From contig JACQIB010000002.1 in assembly GCA_016198755.1 (NCBI GenBank), positions 1 through 64,000 of the forward strand: 64,000 nucleotides of DNA, given 5' to 3'. The notes beneath the pieces were generated by a model, which did not search any database, was not told the origin of the DNA, and saw only the letters and a program-made list of their open reading frames with translations. This document shows, in pieces, positions 56,820 through 64,000 of this stretch (the stretch's first letter is position 1; the number at the start of each line of letters is the position of its first letter). The position numbers and the translations under genes are program-made. This stretch comes from Candidatus Aenigmatarchaeota archaeon (GTDB lineage Archaea; Aenigmatarchaeota; Aenigmatarchaeia; Aenigmatarchaeales; JACQIB01).

Positions 56820-59081
56820 GTGAGTACAATAATAATATGCGAAAAACCAGATGCAGCTGATCATATAGCCCATGCACTTGCGGAAAAAGATTTGAAGAAA
56901 AAGAAGAGTGAATTTGGGGTTGACTACTGGGAATTTACACGTGGTAACAAAAAATACCTTGCAGTTGCAGCTGTTGGTCACCTATTTAATCTAAAGCAGA
57001 AGGGCGGGAAAGGCTGGACATACCCGATTTTTGATGTTGAATGGGCACCTTCCTTTGAAATACGGAAAAAGGCAGAATTTTCTGCCAAATACTTCAAAAC
57101 CCTCCAGTCCCTCTCTAAGGATGGTTCTGATTTTGTGATAGCCTGCGATTTTGACAATGAGGGAACTGTTATAGGGTACAATATACTGCATTTTATTTTC
57201 GGGAAGAATGATGCAAAGAGAATGAAATTCTCAACTTTAACAAAGCAAGACCTTCAAAAATCTTTTGCTGAAATGAACTCACATTTAGATTTTCAAAACC
57301 TTGAAACAGGCCTTGCCCGCCATATGATAGATTTTTACTATGGAATAAACAGTTCCCGTGCCCTAACATTAGCAATAAAAAAATCTTCTACCCGTTTTAC
57401 TCTTCTTTCAGCAGGTCGTGTTCAGGGACCAGTACTTTACATGCTTGCAGAGCGCGAGGCAGAAATAAAATCCTTTAAGCCTGTTCCATACTGGCATTTG
57501 CAGGCTATAGTCTTGTTAGATGGAAAGGAAATGATAGCCGAACATTTGACAGATAAATACTGGAAGAAGGATGAGGCTGATGCAGCCCTGAAAAATTCAA
57601 AATCAGAAGTTGCAGTTGTTGATTCTGTTGAGAAAAAAGAACATAAAGAATCTCCTCCAGTTCCTTTTAACATAACAAGTCTTCAGACAGAAGCCTACAA
57701 ACTCTTTGGTTATAGCCCCCAGCAAACCTTGTCTATAGCTCAGGATCTTTACACTAAAGCTTACACAAGCTATCCGCGCACAAGCAGCGAAAAACTTCCT
57801 CCACAGATAAATTACAGAGAAATATTGGAAGCTGTTTCTAAAATTAGAAAGTACGAAAAACTCGCCAAAAAACTGCTTAGTTTGCAGGAACTAAAACCAA
57901 CAGAAGGAAAAAGAGATGATCCTGCACACGAAGCATTGCACCCAACAGTTGAGCCGCCAGATTATGAAAAGCTAAAAAGCATGCACAAGAATATTTACGA
58001 CCTTATAGTTCGCAGATTCTTTTCAGTTTTCGGCGAGCCAGCCATAAGAGAAGGTATGAAAATACTTTTCAATATAGGAAAGGAAAAATACAAAGTCAGC
58101 GGCAGGAGGACAATAAAACCCGGTTGGATAGAATTCTATGGACCACTTGCAAAGTTTGATGAAATAACTCTGCCGGATTTAAAGAACGGCGACAAAACAA
58201 AGGTTAAAGGGCTGAATATGCTTTCTAAAGAAACCCAGCCACCTGACCGTTATTCCCAAGCTTCTGTAATAAAAGAAATGGAAACGCGTGGTTTGGGCAC
58301 GCGTGCAACCCGTTCCGCAATACTTCAAACACTGTATGACAGAAGTTACATTACAGACAAAAGCGTAAAGGTAACTGAACTGGGGATTAAGGTTGCAGGA
58401 GTTTTGAAAAAGTATGTCCCTGATTTTGTTGATGAAAAGTTTACAAAGGAAATGGAAGAAGATTTGGAAAGAATTACAGAAGGCAAAGTAAAGAAGGAGA
58501 AGGTTCTGGAGGAAGCTAAAAAAGCCCTGATAAAGATATGCAAAGACTTCAAGGAAAACGAGGAAAAGATAGGGAAGGACATTGGAAAAGCTGTCATGAA
58601 TACACAGGAGGACAAAAATACTGTTGGCACATGCCCGAATTGCGGGGGAACACTGAAAGTTTTATTCAGTATTTTCACAAAGAAATCTTTCGTTGGCTGC
58701 TCAAGCTACAACCGCTGTTCAAAGTGTGAAATGACAAAGAAAGCCTGCAAATGCGAGTGTCCTATATGTAAGCAACCGAAGGGGAAGTGTGCAGACAGCT
58801 GGAAAGACAAAGTTTATTCTCCAAAATGTTCTACAGGTTATCCATTGCCTGCAGCTGCAACCATACAGAGGCTGGACAAGGTTTGTGAAAAGTGCAAAAC
58901 CCCGCTGATAATGGTTTATAGAAAGGGGAAAAGACCATTCAAGATGTGCCTTTCTCCGGAATGTCCAACAAAAGCTGAATGGGGCAAGCCTAAGTCAGGA
59001 GCCCAGAAACAAAAGAAAACACTCCCTTCAAAAAAGGTGCAAGCCAAAAAAGCGGAAAAGAAAATCCAGCCAAAAGCATAA
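56820..59081 (+). CDS. topA: DNA topoisomerase IA
   Basis: ICEKP, ACDFDNEG, SAGRVQ, SYPRT active Tyr, GLGTRATR, C-terminal Zn ribbons. Confidence 0.96.
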   Translation: MSTIIICEKPDAADHIAHALAEKDLKKKKSEFGVDYWEFTRGNKKYLAVAAVGHLFNLKQKGGKGWTYPIFDVEWAPSFEIRKKAEFSAKYFKTLQSLSKDGSDFVIACDFDNEGTVIGYNILHFIFGKNDAKRMKFSTLTKQDLQKSFAEMNSHLDFQNLETGLARHMIDFYYGINSSRALTLAIKKSSTRFTLLSAGRVQGPVLYMLAEREAEIKSFKPVPYWHLQAIVLLDGKEMIAEHLTDKYWKKDEADAALKNSKSEVAVVDSVEKKEHKESPPVPFNITSLQTEAYKLFGYSPQQTLSIAQDLYTKAYTSYPRTSSEKLPPQINYREILEAVSKIRKYEKLAKKLLSLQELKPTEGKRDDPAHEALHPTVEPPDYEKLKSMHKNIYDLIVRRFFSVFGEPAIREGMKILFNIGKEKYKVSGRRTIKPGWIEFYGPLAKFDEITLPDLKNGDKTKVKGLNMLSKETQPPDRYSQASVIKEMETRGLGTRATRSAILQTLYDRSYITDKSVKVTELGIKVAGVLKKYVPDFVDEKFTKEMEEDLERITEGKVKKEKVLEEAKKALIKICKDFKENEEKIGKDIGKAVMNTQEDKNTVGTCPNCGGTLKVLFSIFTKKSFVGCSSYNRCSKCEMTKKACKCECPICKQPKGKCADSWKDKVYSPKCSTGYPLPAAATIQRLDKVCEKCKTPLIMVYRKGKRPFKMCLSPECPTKAEWGKPKSGAQKQKKTLPSKKVQAKKAEKKIQPKA

Positions 59082-59280
59082 TACCAGCAGCCAAATCTAT
59101 TCCCCCAAGAATATCAAAGAAAAACCCTGACATAACACTTCCTCCCACCGAAAACAATCCTTTTACAAGCATTAACACAGCCACCCAAAAAACAATTTCC
59201 TGCCCGAAAAAATCAGGAAACAAAAATGATAGCCCAGCTAAAATATCCAATATACTTACAATAGGCAGGAAAATTCCCAT
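58990..59280 (-). CDS. Small hydrophobic membrane protein with an internal repeat
   Basis: 96 aa; repeated D(I/L)xAG...KG(L/V)FS halves; immediately downstream of radB. Confidence 0.65.
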   Translation of the reverse strand: MGIFLPIVSILDILAGLSFLFPDFFGQEIVFWVAVLMLVKGLFSVGGSVMSGFFFDILGGIDLAAGIMLLAGFSFPLFWLAPFLKGVFSFVSGLLT

Positions 59281-59282
59281 TG

Positions 59283-59954
59283 TTATCCCTTATAATCTCT
59301 TATTCCTTTTGAATAAATCTCAAATTCCACTCCCCTTTCCTCTGGCAGGCTTCTGGCCTTTTTTATAACTGCAAGCCTTCTTCCAGGTTTTCCAACATGA
59401 AACAGTTCTATAATATTCTTGCTCCACCATTTTACAATTGAGCTCCCGCTCATTTCCAGCCTGCCAGTCTTCGGGTTCTCATACACCTGATTTGTTATAA
59501 TAACAGGTATTTTGTTTGTTCGCGCTATTTTTGAGAGTACAGATAACTGAGTTGCCAGCTCCCTTATGGCTGTTTTTGCATTCTTTTCCTCTATATGAAC
59601 TCTCCATAAAGCTGCTATGCTATCCACTATAATAAGTCCTATATCCCTTTTCCTTGAAATAACTTCAGCCTTTTTCACGGCTTCCATTTGTTCCTCCCAT
59701 GTTTTTGGTTCAAGTAAAATTATCTTTTTTCCAACTTTCCCTCCATCTGCTATCTGATTTAATCTTTCCACTGAAAATCCCCCCTCAGTATCTATAAACA
59801 GTACTTTTTTCCCTCTTCCAACAGCAGAAACAGCACTAAGCATTGAAATCTGGCTCTTCCCAACAGCCGGAGGCCCGAAAAAGTTTGTAACACATCCATC
59901 TTCTACCCCACCCCCCAAAAGCCTGTCTATCGGAGTGCATACAGAAAGCCGCAT
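59283..59954 (-). CDS. radB: DNA repair protein RadB
   Basis: Short RecA core, GPPAVGKS, FIDTEGGFS, ITNQVY. Confidence 0.88.
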   Translation of the reverse strand: MRLSVCTPIDRLLGGGVEDGCVTNFFGPPAVGKSQISMLSAVSAVGRGKKVLFIDTEGGFSVERLNQIADGGKVGKKIILLEPKTWEEQMEAVKKAEVISRKRDIGLIIVDSIAALWRVHIEEKNAKTAIRELATQLSVLSKIARTNKIPVIITNQVYENPKTGRLEMSGSSIVKWWSKNIIELFHVGKPGRRLAVIKKARSLPEERGVEFEIYSKGIRDYKG

Positions 59955-60003
59955 ACTGCGGATTAGGTTTCAAGAATTTAAATAGACCGTGCAATCTATA
60001 CCT

Positions 60004-60453
60004 ATGGAAAGAGTAACTTATCGTCTTGTTGCAACAGGCATTATAAAGAAAGGAAATAAAGTTCTAATCAGTCTGAAGGGCTCAGAACCACGCCCAATAC
60101 GCAATCAGTGGTACTTTCCAGGAGGCAACGTGGAAGCCGGTGAAAATCCTTTCTATTCTGTGTTGAGAGAAATAAAGGAGGAGACAGGCCTACGCGTAAA
60201 AGTTCTGCGTGTTATAGACTTCTTTCCAGAGTTCCGCGACTTCAATCCCTGGAAGTTCAAAGGCTGGATGATGCATATTGTTTTCGAATGTGAATATACT
60301 TCAGGCAAGCCATTTGCAAAGGACGATATAGTGCAGGTAAAATGGGCTTCTAAAAAAGAAATTTTAGAATATACAAGAAAAAATTCACATACAAGACTTG
60401 CAAAGTTTCTCAAAAACAGCAAAAACCTTAAGTCATTCTTCCAGCGGATTTAA
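60004..60453 (+). CDS. NUDIX hydrolase
   Basis: Nudix box GGNVEAGE...REIKEETG. Confidence 0.9.
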   Translation: MERVTYRLVATGIIKKGNKVLISLKGSEPRPIRNQWYFPGGNVEAGENPFYSVLREIKEETGLRVKVLRVIDFFPEFRDFNPWKFKGWMMHIVFECEYTSGKPFAKDDIVQVKWASKKEILEYTRKNSHTRLAKFLKNSKNLKSFFQRI

Positions 60454-60477
60454 TCCATAACAGAAAGCTTTAAATAC

Positions 60478-60515
60478 TTAGTATGTATAATAACACAAAT
60501 AGTTAGTATGTATAA
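60478..60515 (+). promoter_or_regulatory. 13-bp direct repeat TTAGTATGTATAA just downstream of a TATA-like box
   Basis: Exact copies at 60478-60490 and 60503-60515; CTTTAAATA at 60468-60476. Confidence 0.6.
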
Positions 60516-60535
60516 GGATACCAAAAGTGAGGAAA

Positions 60536-60883
60536 ATGCAGATTGAAATAAGAAAGAAAGGACCGGAAACTGCCATTCTGATTAGTTTTGACACGAATAC
60601 TGAAAGCTTCAAGTCTCCGTATGAAAGGAACAAGTTCTTTTCCGAGCTTCATGGGAGAAAGCAAATTGTTATAAACCAGTCAGGTAGATATGTTTACCAT
60701 AGACCAGGGCTTATGGATGAAATACCGCATATAGACGTGGACAGGTCCGTTTTCATAGTTGCGATGGAACATATGAAAAGAATGGAAGAGTTTTTCCATG
60801 ACTGGCAGAAGAATGTAATGTTCAAAACATTCCCCGTTTTACTTAGCAGGGAAGAAGCAGAAGAACTAAAGGAGGAAGAATAA
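60536..60883 (+). CDS. Hypothetical protein, possibly Cas2/VapD-like ferredoxin fold
   Basis: ILISFDT...RNKFFSEL...SVFIV pattern; first gene of the cdc48 operon. Confidence 0.5.
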   Translation: MQIEIRKKGPETAILISFDTNTESFKSPYERNKFFSELHGRKQIVINQSGRYVYHRPGLMDEIPHIDVDRSVFIVAMEHMKRMEEFFHDWQKNVMFKTFPVLLSREEAEELKEEE

Positions 60884-60884
60884 T

Positions 60885-63170
60885 ATGTTAAAAGAACCGC
60901 AGCCAGAGGGAGTGAAGCTAAAGGTAGGAGAATTGACAGGAAGGGAGGATTTTGGAAGGGGTATTGCTAGATTGGATGCTAATACAATGAAAGCCATAAG
61001 TGTAAAAGAAGGGGATGTTATTGAGATTAGAGGAAAGAGAACAACAGCAGCAATAGCTGTGCGTTCTTATCCGGCGGATGTGGGTCTGAATATTGTAAGG
61101 ATTGACGGGCTTGTAAGGAAGAATTGCGGAACTTCTATCGGGGAAGGTGTTATTGTTGTCAAGGCAAATGCAAAGGAAGCAAAGAAAATTGTTTTGGCTC
61201 CGGCTGAAAAAGGGTATATACTCAGGGTTTCCCCCAACCTTTTGAAGCAAAATCTTTTCATGAGACCAATGGTAAAGGGAGATCTTATAATTGCAAATCC
61301 AGTTTTCCGCAGCCGCAGGGGAGGAGGAGATGTTTTTGAACAGTTTTTTGGCGTTCCAATGGAGGAAGTTTTCCTTCCTTTAGGAACAGAAACAAGGTTG
61401 GCTGTTGTTAAAACAGTTCCTGAAGGAGCAGTGCAAATAACTGAAATGACAGAGCTTGAGCTTTTGCCGGAAGCAACAGAACTTGAGGAGGGGAAAGTCC
61501 AGACAGTAACATATGAGGATATTGGAGGACTAGGAGAGATTGTGCCAAAAATCCGCGAGATGATAGAAGTTCCATTGCGTCACCCTGAAGTTTTTGAGCG
61601 TTTAGGAGTAGAACCTCCAAAGGGGGTTTTGCTGCATGGTCCGCCTGGTTCAGGAAAAACTTTGCTTGCAAAAGCAGTTGCAAATGAATCCGGTGCCTAT
61701 TTTATTTCAGTTGCAGGCCCAGAACTGGTGAGCAAATGGTATGGTGGTTCTGAGGAGAATCTTAGGAAAGTATTTGAAGAGGCTGAAAAGAATGCACCCA
61801 CAATTATTTTCTTTGACGAGATTGATGCTATAGCCCCAAAGAGGGAGGAGGTTTCAGGGGAGGTTGAAAGGAGAATGGTTTCTCAGTTACTAACTTTAAT
61901 GGACGGTCTAAAAAGCAGGGGAAGAACAATAGTAATTGCAGCTACTAACAGGCCAAATAGCTTGGATCCAGCTCTGAGAAGGGGAGGGAGGTTTGACAGG
62001 GAACTGGAGATACCAGTGCCTGATAAAAAGGGCAGGAAAGAGATTTTGCAGATTCACACACGCCATATGCCTATGGATGGAGTGGATCTTGATAAATTAG
62101 CTGAGATAACATATGGTTATGTGGGGGCTGACGTTTCAGCTCTTGTAAAGGAAGCTGCAATGCATGCTTTGCGAAGGGTTTTACCAGAGGTTTCTGCCTT
62201 AAAGGAGGATGAAGCACTTCCAAAAGAATTGCTGGAAAAACTAAAAGTTACAAGTGAGGACTTTGAATTTGCAATGCGCATGGTTCAGCCTTCTGCGATG
62301 AGGGAAGTTCTAATAGAGATACCTAAAGTTAAATGGGCTGATGTTGGAGGATTGGAAAATGTAAAGGAACTTCTGAAGGAAGCTGTTGACTGGCCGCTTA
62401 AAAATGCGGATGCTTTCAAACGCATTGGGATAAAGCCGCCAAAGGGAATAATGCTTTATGGTCCGCCCGGATGCGGGAAAACATTTATTGTGAAAGCTCT
62501 TGCAAACGAAGCTGGTGCAAACTTTATTTCAGTAAAGGGTCCTGAATTGCTTTCCAAATGGGTTGGGGAAAGTGAACAGCATTTAAGGGATGTTTTCCGC
62601 AGAGCAAAACAAGTCGCTCCATGTATAATTTTCTTTGATGAAATAGATTCTCTAGCTCCAAGAAGGGGGTCTGATGCAGGGAATAGAGTAACAGAACAGG
62701 TTGTTTCCCAGCTGCTTACAGAAATGAATGGAATAGAGAACATGGAAGGTGTAATGGTTATAGCAGCCACAAACAGGCCGGATATTATTGATCCAGCACT
62801 CCTAAGGCCAGGGAGGTTTGACAGGTTAATTTATGTCCCTGCACCAGATGAAAAAACAAGGCTGGAAATTTTAAAGGTTCATACAAAATCAATGCCGCTT
62901 TCGAAAGATTTATCTATGGAGAAACTGGCAAAACAGACAGACGGATACTCAGGAGCGGATTTGGAGGCTGTTGTGAGAGAAGCCGGATTAAATGCTTTGA
63001 GGGAAAATATGAAAGCAAAGGAAATAACGAAAAAACACTTTGACGAATCTCTGAAGGAAATAAAACCATCAATAACAGAAGATATATTCATGAAATACCA
63101 GAAAATAGTTGAAGATGTAAAGAAAACAAAGCTGGAAGAACATGAAAAATCAAGCAGATATATAGGGTGA
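60885..63170 (+). CDS. cdc48: CDC48/VAT AAA+ ATPase
   Basis: N-domain plus two AAA modules ([16 protein letters not shown]; FFDEID; RPGRFD). Confidence 0.97.
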   Translation: MLKEPQPEGVKLKVGELTGREDFGRGIARLDANTMKAISVKEGDVIEIRGKRTTAAIAVRSYPADVGLNIVRIDGLVRKNCGTSIGEGVIVVKANAKEAKKIVLAPAEKGYILRVSPNLLKQNLFMRPMVKGDLIIANPVFRSRRGGGDVFEQFFGVPMEEVFLPLGTETRLAVVKTVPEGAVQITEMTELELLPEATELEEGKVQTVTYEDIGGLGEIVPKIREMIEVPLRHPEVFERLGVEPPKGVLLHGPPGSGKTLLAKAVANESGAYFISVAGPELVSKWYGGSEENLRKVFEEAEKNAPTIIFFDEIDAIAPKREEVSGEVERRMVSQLLTLMDGLKSRGRTIVIAATNRPNSLDPALRRGGRFDRELEIPVPDKKGRKEILQIHTRHMPMDGVDLDKLAEITYGYVGADVSALVKEAAMHALRRVLPEVSALKEDEALPKELLEKLKVTSEDFEFAMRMVQPSAMREVLIEIPKVKWADVGGLENVKELLKEAVDWPLKNADAFKRIGIKPPKGIMLYGPPGCGKTFIVKALANEAGANFISVKGPELLSKWVGESEQHLRDVFRRAKQVAPCIIFFDEIDSLAPRRGSDAGNRVTEQVVSQLLTEMNGIENMEGVMVIAATNRPDIIDPALLRPGRFDRLIYVPAPDEKTRLEILKVHTKSMPLSKDLSMEKLAKQTDGYSGADLEAVVREAGLNALRENMKAKEITKKHFDESLKEIKPSITEDIFMKYQKIVEDVKKTKLEEHEKSSRYIG

Positions 63171-63175
63171 TAAAA

Positions 63176-63520
63176 ATGGTAGAAAAAAGAATTAACGTAA
63201 GTATAGACCACACAGATCCAACATTTTTTTGTGACAGGGTAGTTGTTTCCCATAGTCCCACAAAATTTATACTGGATTTTACTCAAACAAGCCCAAGGTT
63301 CGATTTCAACGGTGAAAACCTTCAGGAAGCACTGGTTGTAAAACACAGGACCATAATGCTGGATCCCATGGTTGCTAAAGATTTTCTAAATGCTTTACAT
63401 GAAAATGTAGCAAAATTCGAGAAAGCTTTTAAGAAAATAGAAGTTCCAAAACAAAAGAAACATTCACATCCAATAAAGGAATTTCAGAGGCCAACAGAAC
63501 CCAGCAAATATATAGGATAA
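63176..63520 (+). CDS. DUF3467-like small protein
   Basis: FFCDRVVVSHSPTKFILDFTQ...IMLDPMVAKDFLNAL pattern. Confidence 0.65.
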   Translation: MVEKRINVSIDHTDPTFFCDRVVVSHSPTKFILDFTQTSPRFDFNGENLQEALVVKHRTIMLDPMVAKDFLNALHENVAKFEKAFKKIEVPKQKKHSHPIKEFQRPTEPSKYIG

Positions 63521-63523
63521 AAA

Positions 63524-63742
63524 TCAGGCAGCTTTTCTTGCGAGGAGCACATCCTCGCGTTTAATTGTTTTCCTACCGGCGTGCATTGCATACTTTAAGG
63601 AATCTTTTGCAACTTCCAGCCCCCTTTCCATTAGAATCTCTGAAAGGGCGCGTGCTGCACTATCAGAAACTCTCTGTGCTCCGGCCTGCTTGAAAATATC
63701 AACCATTGGAGCTGCTGCAATAATACTCCTCTTCCTTGGCAT
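63524..63742 (-). CDS. Archaeal histone with short basic N-terminal extension
   Basis: AGAQRVSDSA...HAGRKTIKREDV; N-terminus MPRKRS. Confidence 0.92.
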   Translation of the reverse strand: MPRKRSIIAAAPMVDIFKQAGAQRVSDSAARALSEILMERGLEVAKDSLKYAMHAGRKTIKREDVLLARKAA

Positions 63743-63791
63743 AACAAATAGTTTCTCAGGCTTGTATATAAACATTTGCTGCGCTCGTTAG

Positions 63792-64000
63792 TCAGAGCAA
63801 AGTTGTAACAAAAGGTTTCTCACCCACAATTATAGTGTGTTCAAACTGAGCAACCATTCCATTTCCTGTTTCTTTCAGTATCTTGTACGGATAAACTGAA
63901 ACAATAGATGAGAGCTCTTTCAGTGCAAGCTCTGTTTTAACAGAGCCAAATAGCTTCTGAAGCCAGCGTTTTGCAAACGGTAACCTTGCAAAGTCTGTTT
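63792..64000 (-). CDS. map: Methionine aminopeptidase type II, 3' end (partial)
   Basis: Manual translation LPFAKRWL...YKILKETGNGMVAQFEHTIIV; runs off the window end. Confidence 0.85.
   Translation of the reverse strand, partial: TDFARLPFAKRWLQKLFGSVKTELALKELSSIVSVYPYKILKETGNGMVAQFEHTIIVGEKPFVTTLL

Overview
Archaeal chromosomal window. Gene content and compact intergenic spacing suggest a DPANN lineage, plausibly Aenigmarchaeota; this is inference. About 0-23 kb is a replication, repair and cell-cycle neighbourhood: small winged-helix (wHTH) proteins, histone, RPA, RadA, a PRC-barrel protein, an ExeA-like AAA+/wHTH ATPase, arcTGT, a RaSEA-ArcS-like fusion, TldD/TldE, DnaG, an ORB-containing oriC, Cdc6, a degenerate DP1-like subunit and a Pol delta-like PolB. 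Next come secD/secF and a ~26 kb N-glycosylation/surface glycan cluster ending in aglB. The rest is housekeeping: beta-CASP nuclease, tyrS, topA, radB, a cdc48 operon, a histone and a partial map. The most notable unexplained signals are: (1) a 0.5 kb non-coding locus upstream of the ExeA-like ATPase with 11-bp-phased TTCACGTGAA/GTGAAG boxes, a TATAACASTGTTATA palindrome and a mini-ORB, all three motif types recurring in oriC 11 kb away; (2) a ~140 nt multi-stem RNA candidate in front of dnaG; (3) cdc6, an inactive DP1-like B-subunit and a Zn-finger-tailed PolB in tandem; (4) a RaSEA-ArcS-type fusion; (5) a shared C-terminal [R/K]YIG tail on Cdc48 and its downstream neighbour. No rRNA, tRNA, CRISPR array or transposase was recognised. 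All calls come from reading the sequence by eye, with no database searches.
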